Part shown: piece by piece, positions 55,701 through 63,754 of the stretch
Numbering within the stretch: position 1 is the stretch's first letter
How the letters are laid out: each line of letters begins with the position of its first letter
Assembly: GCA_017616855.1 (NCBI GenBank)
Contig: JAFZXI010000115.1
Span: 1,412 to 65,411 of the forward strand
Direction of reading: 5' to 3'
Source of the DNA: Clostridia bacterium
GTDB taxonomy: Bacteria; Bacillota; Clostridia; Oscillospirales; RGIG8002
Length of the DNA stretch: 64,000 bases
Notes under the pieces: generated by a model
What the model was told of the DNA's origin: nothing
What the model saw: only the letters and a program-made list of their open reading frames with translations
The model's database searches: none
Position numbers and translations under genes: made by a program

Positions 55701-58700
55701 GGGAAGATCTCCGATCTGAAGACGGCGATAAACACGGTCAAGCAGATAAAGAGCGCTTACGGCGACAAGGGCGCGACGGTCGTTTATAATTTCGGCGACG
55801 GCGTGGTCGTGGACGCCGCGAAGGTTCTCGACGTCGCGGAGGCGCTTCCGGGCGCGACGGTGCAGCGCGTGCCGGTCGGCAACGGGTATTACGGGCTGAA
55901 GTTCGTCGTGGAAAACGGCGTCGGGCTCGTTATGCCGATAAATGCGAAGGACGTCAGCGCCGCGGAGGACTCTGTCTTCCTGATCCGCGGAAGGAACACG
56001 CCGGCTTCGGCATCGGTCGTGCTGGGGAACAATTCCTGGTCTCCCGCGGAGGGCGAGGCGGCTATACCCGCAAAGAGCAGCGATCGAGTATTCAACGACG
56101 ACCTGACGTTCAATCTTGCGGATGATACCGTAAATGATACGATAAATGATACTATAAACGAAAACGGCGCCGAGACCGACGCCGACGTTATAGATCTGAC
56201 CGAGGACAGCGAGCTGACCGAAGAGCTGAGGGGCAAGAGCGCCAAAGAAATACGAAGAAGTCTGTTTGAGTACATAAAGCGCATCTTCGGCAATAAAGAA
56301 ATCACGCTAAGCGACGGCAGAAAAGCCATCGTGGACAAAGGTGACGCAAGGAAGCTTTCGGACAGGAGCTCGCCCGAATGGGTTGCGAAGATCGCGAAGG
56401 TGCAGGAGCTTATAAACAAGGCGCAGCTTACGGACGAGGACCCGAACCCAGAGCATAAAAAGTTCACACATTTCTGGTACTACAAAGCTTCGGTAAAAAC
56501 GGAACGAGGCGTGATCAGTGTCTATCTCAATATAGGAAAAGCTCGCACCGACACAAACAACCACCTTTACGATATTACAGAAAGTATAAGAGACACCGCC
56601 CGGCCTTACGCCGGCGGGAGCGTCAACCCGACTTACTCCCTGAAGAACGGTATCTCTACAAGTGATATTGTAACCGAAAACGGCGGAAAAGTCAATACCG
56701 AAAGCGAAAAAACTTCAAAATCGCAGCAGGAAGACGCGTCAGATCGCGGAAAAGTGCAAAAATCTGCCGAAAAATCGTCTGAAAAAGTGCAAAATATACC
56801 CGAACGGGGCGAAAACGGGAGCGAAACGACGGGTCGAGGGGCGGCTGCGAACGAAAATACGGAAGGCAGCGTGAAAAAGCGCGGCGGGAGGAACGTTTTC
56901 CGCAGCGAAAGCGGGAAATATTCCGAAATAGACGGCATAAACGACGACGGCGACGTCGTGCTGGAGGGCGGAGAGACGCTCGACGTCGATTCTCTCGATC
57001 CGGAAGCGCGCAGCGCGGTCGATACCGTCCTCGCGGACTTCTATTCCGGACGGATAAGCGAAGCGCAGGCTATGGATATGCTCAGGAACGGCACCCTCAC
57101 CTACACAAAGGGAGAGAACGCCTGGATCGCGGAGGAGCTGAACGACGGGAATACCGCTAAACTGATGAGCCCGCAGCAGATAGAGGCGATGGCGGAAAGG
57201 CTTTTCGGCATCTATATCAATTACGGGCGCGTCCAGGGGCGCAGAACGATGGGCTTCATGCGCCAGGGAGAACGCGGGCTCCGCACACGCACAGTCGGCA
57301 TGCTTCCGACCGTCTCGCACGAGCTGACGCACATCCTGGACCTGACGGACGGCCGCGAATTGAGCAAGCTAACGGGAATACAAGAGGTGATAAAAGCGGC
57401 GCCGCAGGCCTGGCTTGCGGGTTATCCGAAAAGCGCCCGCGCATCTGAGGCCGTCGCGTGGTTCGGCGAGCAGTATTTCCGATCGAGAAAAACCGCGCAG
57501 CAGATCTCGCCGGAGTTTTTCCGCAACTTCGAGGCCTCCTTCAGTCCGACCGAACTGAAGAAGCTGCACGAGCTCGGCGACGCTGTCAATAAGTTTATGG
57601 TGCGCGAGACGGATGCGGAGGGCAACGATATAACAATGCTCAAGCAGTCCCGCGCGCAGCTCGCGACGCAGGCGGTGAAGCCGAAGGATATGCGGGCGCT
57701 CGGCGACAAGGCTCGCGAATTGGCGCTGCGCTTCGAAACGAAGTATTTTAACTCCAACGCACCCTTCGAGAAGAGCTTCGGCGACAAGGCGGCGGTGCTG
57801 TATAACGCGGACATCATTTCCGGCGCCGCCAGGGCGACGTATATGATAAACGGCACCGACGCGCTGATCGGGAAAAAGCACTCCGGAGGATTCGATACGT
57901 CGGACGGGCGCCACATCGAAGATCTGAGCACGATCCTCTCCCCTCTTGAAAAGTCCGGAAAGGAAGCTTACGACGATTTCAACACCTATCTCGTGCTCCG
58001 GAGAGGCGGGTATAAAGTCATTGAAGGCAAACGCGTCTTTGCTTCCGATATGGCGAATAATCCTTCAGAGATCTCACGCAATATCGATCTGCTCGAAAAA
58101 GCGCATCCGGAGTTCCGGGAGATCGCCGACAAGGCGATAGAGTTCCACCGCGAGCTCGTCAAGAAGACCTGCGTCGATACCGGACTGATGAGCGAAGAGA
58201 CTTTCGATCAGATGACGAAGGAAGATCCGTTCTATGTTCCCTTCAGGCGCGACGTCGACGGCACGCACGGCTCCGGAGTAAATACGACGCTGCAGTCCGC
58301 GAAACAGTTCAAAAGGATGCGCGGCAGCGGCCGTGATATATACAATCCGGTCGAGTCGCTCTTCCAGGACGCCTATGAAACGGTCGTTTCTTCTCTCCGG
58401 GCGCAATACGGCGACTATATCCTCGACAGTGTGGACGCGGATCCCGCCGGCATGGAATGGCTCGCGACGAAGGTCAACGCAAAGGTCAACCTTGACGTCA
58501 CGGATCTTTCCGCGCAGCGCGACTCCTTCCGCGGGCAGCTCGTCGCTTCCGGACTCGATCAGAAGGCAGTTGACGCCATAATGAGCATATACGACGGCAC
58601 CGTCGGAGATGAGGTCAAGAGCTTCCGTGTCCCGTATTACCAGGGCGAAGACTTTTTCCTTCGCCGTCGGTGGCACAAGGACGCGAACGGAAAGGAAAGC

Positions 58701-60875
58701 TCCACCCTCACCTGCTACCAGTTCAACAGCGCCTTCGGAAAAGCCGCGCTGCAGAACACGATAGACAACTCCGTGAACTTTAACAGTAAAGCGGTCAACG
58801 CGCTGATGAAGCTATCGCACATCCGGAAGATCTTCCTGACCGGCTCCTCTCCCCTCTTCACCGTGCGAAACCTCATCCGCGACGCGCAGGACGCCTACGC
58901 TTATTCAAGAATAAAGAACCCTCTGGAGTTCACGAAAAGGTATATCGGCGCGCTGAAATCGGTCCTGACGGCCGATCAGGCGTATATGGACTATAAGAAG
59001 GCCGGCGGCGGCAACTCGACGCGTATTTCCTCAGACGTCAGGACGATCGCGGACGTCGTGCCCGCGGTCTATAAAGCGCATACGAAAAAGAGCGTGCAGC
59101 TGATGCAAGGTATGGTTAGGTTCGCCCCGAGCATGATCGAGCGCATAAACGAAGCCGTCGAGCAGGTGCCGCGCATGCTGGAGTTCAAACATTCGCTCGA
59201 TCACGGCGGCAGTATGAACGAGGCACTTTACAGGGCCGCGAACATCACGGTAAACTTCGGACAGCACGGAGCGGCTAAAAGCTTCATATCTCTCATGGGA
59301 GGCATTTTCCCCTTCTTCAACGCCGGTATGCAGGGACGTTACAGAATGTATCAGGCGCTGAAGACCGACACGGTGAGTTTTTTGGCGAAGAAAACGCTGA
59401 CCGCGCTCGTGCGCAACGGCATCCTCTTCGGGCTTGTTAAGGCATTCGGCGCGGAGGATGAATACAAAAAACTCTCAAACTACATCAAGAACAACTACTA
59501 TGTCATCCCGATCGGCAAGGGCAGCTTCATCCGGCTGCCGAAGGATCGCGAAGGCGGCATACTCGACTCGCTGATGGAAAACGCCGTTTCCTCGCTGATG
59601 TATGGAACGGACGGCGAGCAGTGGTATGACTACGCGACCTATCTGATAGACCAGGTCGGCGGCCCGGGAACGATCGAATCGTTTCTCGGATACCTCGTCG
59701 AGACGCTGCACGACGGTGGCCAGATAACAGACGTCGCCGCTGGCATAATGAGCGATACCGTCGCTTCGCCGATTTTCGACCTTATGAGAAACAAGGATTA
59801 TCGCGGCGTGAAGATTGAGACGACGAGCGATCAGAAGCTTCCTCAGTCAGAAAGATACGACGAAAACACTTCTGCGCTCGCCAAGTTCCTCGGAAGCCTC
59901 GGCGTCCTCTCCCCGAAGCAGGTGCAGCACCTCGTCGAATCTCTCGGCTTCATACCTGCCGCGGTGATCTCGCTGCCGGAAAACTTCGCCGAAGGCGGAT
60001 TATTCGGTCCCGCAAAAAGCTTCGCCAACTCCTTCGCGACCGCTTTTACGTCGTCCTCCGCCTACTCAAACGACGCGATAAACGATTTTTACGACGGGTT
60101 CGAGAAGCTCGAAATGAAGAAAAACGCAGACGGCGGCGGCGAGATCCGCGCGGAATACGCCCGCGCCTCCGGCGTTAAAACGATAATGAGCGAGCTTTAT
60201 AAAATGAGGCGCGAAACGGAGAGCGAGGAGGAGCGCGAGGCGATCACGAGGATCATACGCGATAGCGCCTACGACTACCTCCACGCAGATACAATGGACG
60301 ACCACGTCGAAAAAGAGCTGATCGCGCTCTACGATCGAATCGGCGATAAGGACTACGCCGGGATATTCTATTCGGCGCCGAAGGCGAGCTGGTCGACCGG
60401 CGGCGTTACATACTCCCTCGACCTTGCGACGTATCTCGAATATGCAGAAGAGTATCGAGGGGCCGTCAGAAGCGCTTATTCCATCGTTTTCGCGAATGAA
60501 TACTCAAACGATACCGAGCTTGCCGAAGATCTCGAAGACGCGAAGGAGCTTACGGTAAAAGAGCTGAAGCGTAAGTATATGCTGAGAGCGAAGCGTTCGA
60601 GCGACGCGGTCACTACGGAACGCATCAGATCGGAGCTCGAATACGGCGATTCCGGCGCGGACGTCTCTATCACGCTCAAAGAATACGTCACTCAGGAACG
60701 CGGCGCCGGCAGAAAGGACGAAGGCATCCGCCAGTCGCTCTCGAATATATTCCGCGCCGATTACAAGGAATATGCTGCGGACGGCGACAAAAAGATGACC
60801 GACTACATCGAGCAGCTGCTTATAGGCCTCGGGATCGGGTTTACATCCGAAAAGATCAGAAAATGGGCGGACTGA
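52725..60875 (+). CDS. giant (2716 aa) phage protein, polyvalent / virion-associated-like, with HExxH zincin motif
   Basis: GGAGG lies 7 nt upstream. Duplicated N-terminal motif GKY(A/S)DLYAKFGRD (nt 52728 and 52833). About 300 aa of charged coiled coil. A Gly/Ala-rich hydrophobic region similar to tape-measure or ejection proteins (nt ~54324-54850). TVSHELTHILD...EAVAWFGEQYF is HExxH plus a downstream Glu, at nt 57318-57332. About 1100 aa of C-terminal region without recognised motifs. Occupies the terL-to-scaffold slot. Confidence 0.85.
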   Translation: MGKYADLYAKFGRDINSDAEKNKETTQEKPAAKTSRGKYSDLYAKFGRDLGGRRTKAAQEEAQQKVEEKNDALRNAQSNYRRQYLINEATKRENEKEAEAEQRRSRRFANVAAARAYTDTASSERSYEDRVKAAEVERIQAENRIRARSSDGQEAQRDDEARYNYIARRIDTQEKAKKVEEAPGAGKLTAEQLKEESAIGGVTKGDLAWYKEEKARRDEAAAQKKAAEEYFESLKTYYNNLTLDLDAAKAEYDRVAGIKRLLDNAGSELEKMKTENPQLWNEIDGIAQFLYGGPKAKQYGEGKMVDDGPDADYFGDNDDIARQHAYTRYILRQYGYKDYDALAKEVAEKGNTWATARDIQESYKLVTDAKADPEFEAWAAKGAADKDNSVMWARGLTDEEAESTKSTMGVGTSGLREDVIKRRMLTQDELDIYNYYYGKGDKDAAYKYYNSLDDLLAQRSAVYNAKVFGDSFFGKANMAIYTGFEQFANGVYRKIGPKQEYYYPTVSQYTSAILTQDMGGVEKFWYDLGVNVSNMAPSIIAGKLASYINPVFGELVGAATMGLSASGNAYAEAINSGMTPNQASAYSNLIGLSETTLQAAIGGIPYVGGAVTGGVFTKAGTKVLRFAGGLNSGMAKVATKALGYGLKYVGKSFGEFVEEGLQEVLEPYFAAFVTGEAPDDVDWDAVFYSAGMGFITSLLLNAGDSAVNVKNARSKAKDVINQGGAELAVRLGLQFDEKSDVYRIAKEIQRDGYDTGNIAELLMALETETQNDPDFAQRFTDRDFGELNIKPKNETKTIDKNAKKIGKYVEKQDATEGAAYEAATQTPISESVAGQDVRGEEVSPVRTAEEFVSRYNGEVAENATTEARPDTNAVDEGAARTSGTNVNTAAETNAPTVANVPAETVPSDNENVITVKRAKVSDASKAVSRITKNGKAIEGGGRYYVYDTAGTTAIRYDDAPANVSFTSEDGLAGRIDRVLNTEGDDTGVVFDTGKISDLKTAINTVKQIKSAYGDKGATVVYNFGDGVVVDAAKVLDVAEALPGATVQRVPVGNGYYGLKFVVENGVGLVMPINAKDVSAAEDSVFLIRGRNTPASASVVLGNNSWSPAEGEAAIPAKSSDRVFNDDLTFNLADDTVNDTINDTINENGAETDADVIDLTEDSELTEELRGKSAKEIRRSLFEYIKRIFGNKEITLSDGRKAIVDKGDARKLSDRSSPEWVAKIAKVQELINKAQLTDEDPNPEHKKFTHFWYYKASVKTERGVISVYLNIGKARTDTNNHLYDITESIRDTARPYAGGSVNPTYSLKNGISTSDIVTENGGKVNTESEKTSKSQQEDASDRGKVQKSAEKSSEKVQNIPERGENGSETTGRGAAANENTEGSVKKRGGRNVFRSESGKYSEIDGINDDGDVVLEGGETLDVDSLDPEARSAVDTVLADFYSGRISEAQAMDMLRNGTLTYTKGENAWIAEELNDGNTAKLMSPQQIEAMAERLFGIYINYGRVQGRRTMGFMRQGERGLRTRTVGMLPTVSHELTHILDLTDGRELSKLTGIQEVIKAAPQAWLAGYPKSARASEAVAWFGEQYFRSRKTAQQISPEFFRNFEASFSPTELKKLHELGDAVNKFMVRETDAEGNDITMLKQSRAQLATQAVKPKDMRALGDKARELALRFETKYFNSNAPFEKSFGDKAAVLYNADIISGAARATYMINGTDALIGKKHSGGFDTSDGRHIEDLSTILSPLEKSGKEAYDDFNTYLVLRRGGYKVIEGKRVFASDMANNPSEISRNIDLLEKAHPEFREIADKAIEFHRELVKKTCVDTGLMSEETFDQMTKEDPFYVPFRRDVDGTHGSGVNTTLQSAKQFKRMRGSGRDIYNPVESLFQDAYETVVSSLRAQYGDYILDSVDADPAGMEWLATKVNAKVNLDVTDLSAQRDSFRGQLVASGLDQKAVDAIMSIYDGTVGDEVKSFRVPYYQGEDFFLRRRWHKDANGKESSTLTCYQFNSAFGKAALQNTIDNSVNFNSKAVNALMKLSHIRKIFLTGSSPLFTVRNLIRDAQDAYAYSRIKNPLEFTKRYIGALKSVLTADQAYMDYKKAGGGNSTRISSDVRTIADVVPAVYKAHTKKSVQLMQGMVRFAPSMIERINEAVEQVPRMLEFKHSLDHGGSMNEALYRAANITVNFGQHGAAKSFISLMGGIFPFFNAGMQGRYRMYQALKTDTVSFLAKKTLTALVRNGILFGLVKAFGAEDEYKKLSNYIKNNYYVIPIGKGSFIRLPKDREGGILDSLMENAVSSLMYGTDGEQWYDYATYLIDQVGGPGTIESFLGYLVETLHDGGQITDVAAGIMSDTVASPIFDLMRNKDYRGVKIETTSDQKLPQSERYDENTSALAKFLGSLGVLSPKQVQHLVESLGFIPAAVISLPENFAEGGLFGPAKSFANSFATAFTSSSAYSNDAINDFYDGFEKLEMKKNADGGGEIRAEYARASGVKTIMSELYKMRRETESEEEREAITRIIRDSAYDYLHADTMDDHVEKELIALYDRIGDKDYAGIFYSAPKASWSTGGVTYSLDLATYLEYAEEYRGAVRSAYSIVFANEYSNDTELAEDLEDAKELTVKELKRKYMLRAKRSSDAVTTERIRSELEYGDSGADVSITLKEYVTQERGAGRKDEGIRQSLSNIFRADYKEYAADGDKKMTDYIEQLLIGLGIGFTSEKIRKWAD

Positions 60876-60889
60876 AAACAGAACGCAGA

Positions 60890-60917
60890 AAAAAGCACCC
60901 GCGAGGGTGTTTTTTTC
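60890..60917 (+). terminator. terminator after the giant ORF
   Basis: AAAAAAGCACCC-GCGA-GGGTGTTTTTTT. Confidence 0.65.
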
Positions 60918-61018
60918 ATTATAGGGGAGAAATGGAAGGCGACGGCGGTTTATAATCTTGACGACACGCCGGAAAGACGGCAGATAAGACGCGCGGGAGA
61001 GACCGCAGGGAGTTATTT

Positions 61019-61903
61019 ATGCTCGATTTTGATTATTTCGACCTTCAGCGCTTCTCGGACGGTGAGGTCGAAGGCGACGCCGGCCAAACGGGCGAGGCCG
61101 CCGCAGAACCTGCAGGCGAGCCGACAGCACAGACCGTTCCGGATCTCGATGCGGAGTTCGACGAGCTCGTCAAGGGAAAGTATAAGGACGCTTATAAGTC
61201 CCGCGCCGAAGCTTTCGTCGGAAAGAGACTCCGCAAAGCGAACGCCGAGCTGGAGCAGCTGCGCACGGAAACGGCGCAGTATAAAAAGTATGCTCAGCTC
61301 GTAAGAGAACGCTATCCGGACGCCGCGGACGACGCCGCGGCTTTTGAGGCATTCGACAACGACGCCCGTCTGCTCGCGGACGAGGCGGACAGAAACGGTT
61401 ATCCCGTCGATCTATGGAAGGAAAAACGCTCCATAGAGCGCGAAAAACGCGAGATCGCGGAGGAAAAGCGCGCAAAAAGCGACGCCGACGCGCGTTCCCG
61501 CAAAATGGACGACTGGATCGAACAGAGCGAGCGCCTCAAACAGAAATACCCGGGATTTGACCTCAGAGCGGAGCTTTCGGACCCCGAAACGCAGGCCGAC
61601 TTCTTCGATCTAATCGAGAAAAAGGGCCTGACGATCGAGCAGGCATACCGCCAGGTGCGCTTTGACAAGCTCATAGAGGACGCGAGGATAAACGCCGCCC
61701 TCGAAAGTGAGAAGCAGACCGTCGAGAGGATAAAATCCGGGACTGAAAGACCGAGAGAGAATGGCTCCGCGGCGACGCCCGCCGGAAAGGCGATCGTTGA
61801 CGTCACACACGCGGACAAGGAAACGCTGGCGAAGATAGACCGCGCCCTCCGCAGACACGGAAGGTTCGATCCGATGAACCCGCCGGCGGATTTCGACTAT
61901 TGA
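61019..61903 (+). CDS. phage scaffolding protein
   Basis: 294 aa, highly charged and helical, immediately upstream of the capsid gene. N-terminus MLDFDYFDLQRFSDGE is of the ..LQ.FA type seen on Firmicute phage scaffold proteins. Confidence 0.75.
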   Translation: MLDFDYFDLQRFSDGEVEGDAGQTGEAAAEPAGEPTAQTVPDLDAEFDELVKGKYKDAYKSRAEAFVGKRLRKANAELEQLRTETAQYKKYAQLVRERYPDAADDAAAFEAFDNDARLLADEADRNGYPVDLWKEKRSIEREKREIAEEKRAKSDADARSRKMDDWIEQSERLKQKYPGFDLRAELSDPETQADFFDLIEKKGLTIEQAYRQVRFDKLIEDARINAALESEKQTVERIKSGTERPRENGSAATPAGKAIVDVTHADKETLAKIDRALRRHGRFDPMNPPADFDY

Positions 61904-61932
61904 TATCAAATCTTCAGAAAGGAAAAAACACC

Positions 61933-63186
61933 ATGAAAGCACTTTTTAAGCGTCTTTTCGATCTCCAGAGATTCGCTACGACCGTTTCGAGCGACATCCC
62001 TCAGGATTTCAAGACTTTTTACGACAACAAGCTGATCGAGTTCGCCAAGCCGGCGCTCGTTCACGAACAGTTCGCCCAGGAATCCCCCATTCCGAAGGGT
62101 GAAGGCAAAACCATCAAGTGGCGCACCTACAGAAAGCTCGCGAAGGCGACCACCGCTCTGACTGAAGGCGTTACCCCCAGCGGTTCCAAGCTCTCGATGG
62201 CCGACGTCACGGCGAACATCGCCCAGTACGGCGACTTCGTCACCATCTCCGACGTGATCGAGATGGCCGCCATCGACAACAACGTCGCCAGAGCTTCCGA
62301 GGTCTGCGGTCAGCAGATGGGCGAAACGCTCGACACCATCTGCCGCGAGGTTATGAACGGCGGCACCGCGAAGATCCTCGCCCCCTCCGTCTCCGGCGGC
62401 AGCGTGACCCCCGTCACCCTCAGAACGAACATCACCAAGAACTGCAAGCTCACCGCCGACGTCGTCAGACAGGCCGCCCGCCTCCTGAAGGCGAACGACG
62501 CCAAGAAGATCGACGGCGACTACGTCGCCATCATCCACCCCGACGTCGCTTACGACTTGATGAAGGACAGCGAATGGAAGAGCGCCAACGAATACGCCGG
62601 TTCGAAGAATATCTTCAACGGCGAGATCGGCAAGCTCGCGGGCGTCCGCTTCATCGAGACGACCGAGGCGAAGAAGTGGGCCCCTCCGGAGATCACCCAG
62701 GGTTACACCCGTCTGACCGTCAAAGCGAACGCCTCCTCCAGCGCGACCTCCATCACCGTCAACGAGGTCCTCGACGCCGAGAGCTCCAAGAGCTACGCGG
62801 TCTATATCGACGGCGTCGCGAACACCGTCACGGCGATCGCGAACAATACCACCTACTCCACCCTCACCATTTCCGCGCTTTCCGCGAATGTCAGCGCCGG
62901 CGCCGTTATCTGCGGCAAGGCCACCTCTGCGGCGAATGAAGGCGGTAAAGACGGCTCCACCGTCTACTCCACCCTCGTGCTCGGCAAGGACGCTTACGGC
63001 AAGGCGGAGATCGCGGGCGGCAACGCCGGCATCATCGTCAAGCAGCTCGGCCACGGCGACGACCCCCTGAACCAGAGGGCCACCATCGGCTGGAAGGCCA
63101 ACGCCGCTTACGCGATACTCGACGATACCCGTATCGTGCGTATCGAAAGCGCCTCCTCCTTCTCGGGCGAGACCGAAGCCAACTGA
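61933..63186 (+). CDS. major capsid protein (HK97 fold; resembles the N4-gp56 family)
   Basis: ATG at 61933 (track ORF starts at 61900). ...FYDNKLIEFAKPALVHEQFAQESPIPKGEGKTIKWRTYRKLAKATTALTEGVTPSGSKLSMADVTANIAQYGDFVTISDVIEMAAIDN... matches the pattern recalled for N4-gp56-type capsid proteins. Position after the scaffold gene. Confidence 0.8.
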   Translation: MKALFKRLFDLQRFATTVSSDIPQDFKTFYDNKLIEFAKPALVHEQFAQESPIPKGEGKTIKWRTYRKLAKATTALTEGVTPSGSKLSMADVTANIAQYGDFVTISDVIEMAAIDNNVARASEVCGQQMGETLDTICREVMNGGTAKILAPSVSGGSVTPVTLRTNITKNCKLTADVVRQAARLLKANDAKKIDGDYVAIIHPDVAYDLMKDSEWKSANEYAGSKNIFNGEIGKLAGVRFIETTEAKKWAPPEITQGYTRLTVKANASSSATSITVNEVLDAESSKSYAVYIDGVANTVTAIANNTTYSTLTISALSANVSAGAVICGKATSAANEGGKDGSTVYSTLVLGKDAYGKAEIAGGNAGIIVKQLGHGDDPLNQRATIGWKANAAYAILDDTRIVRIESASSFSGETEAN

Positions 63187-63193
63187 CGCACAT

Positions 63194-63223
63194 AAAGCGG
63201 GGGCGGAAGCCCGCCCCCGCTTT
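63194..63223 (+). terminator. terminator after the capsid gene
   Basis: AAAGCGGGGGCGG-AAGC-CCGCCCCCGCTTT, a perfect 10+ bp GC stem. Only a weak T-tract follows (GGCTTTTTC). Confidence 0.6.
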
Positions 63224-63480
63224 GGCTTTTTCGCGGAAGTTATCTCTCCCTCAGTCTCGACGCCGTGAGACGGGCGAATAATATTCGCCCCTACGATCCG
63301 CGCTCGGCGCGGGGACAACCCCTCAGTCAGCTTCGCTGACAGCGTCTCGCCTGCGGGCTCGGTCGGGCCGCGGCTCTGACAGCCCACCGGGCTGTCATTC
63401 ACTACCGCGGCCTCCGCTTCGCTACCCTTGCACAGGGGAGCCACCTCATCCGGCGCTTCGCGCCGCCTTCCCGTCGAGGA
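63224..63480. repeat. host-type modular intergenic repeats inside the prophage
   Basis: GTTATCTCTCCCTCAGTCTCG (63239-) is the reverse complement of 10024-10044. GGGCGAATA-A-TATTCGCCCCTACGA (63272-63296) is the same module as 38196-38220. Further GC hairpins follow (CCGCGC-TCG-GCGCGG, GTCAGC-TTCG-CTGAC, GACAGCCC-ACCG-GGCTGTC). Confidence 0.7.
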
Positions 63481-63503
63481 GGAAGGCATGAAAGGAAAAT
63501 GAT

Positions 63504-63692
63504 ATGAAAGAAAGATTGAAATCGTGGGTTTTCTGGAGCTCGCTCGCCGCGCAGGTCGTATCGATCCTGGTCGCGTGCGGCGTGATCTCCCCCGAGGCGT
63601 CCGAACCCGTCAGGGCCGCCGTCGTTTCGGTGCTGCAGATATTCGTGTGCTTCGGGGTGCTCAACAACCCCACTGACCGCGAAAACTTTTAA
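63504..63692 (+). CDS. holin-like small membrane protein
   Basis: 62 aa: MKERLKSWVFWSSLAAQVVSILVACGVI...VVSVLQIFVCFGVLNNPTDRENF. Two TM segments and a ...GV..NPTD tail resemble SPP1/phiLC3-type holins (recalled). Confidence 0.55.
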   Translation: MKERLKSWVFWSSLAAQVVSILVACGVISPEASEPVRAAVVSVLQIFVCFGVLNNPTDRENF

Positions 63693-63754
63693 CGAGAACA
63701 TAATCCGGAGGGGTTTTCCCTTCGTTTTATAATACTTCAAAGGAGTAATTATCC

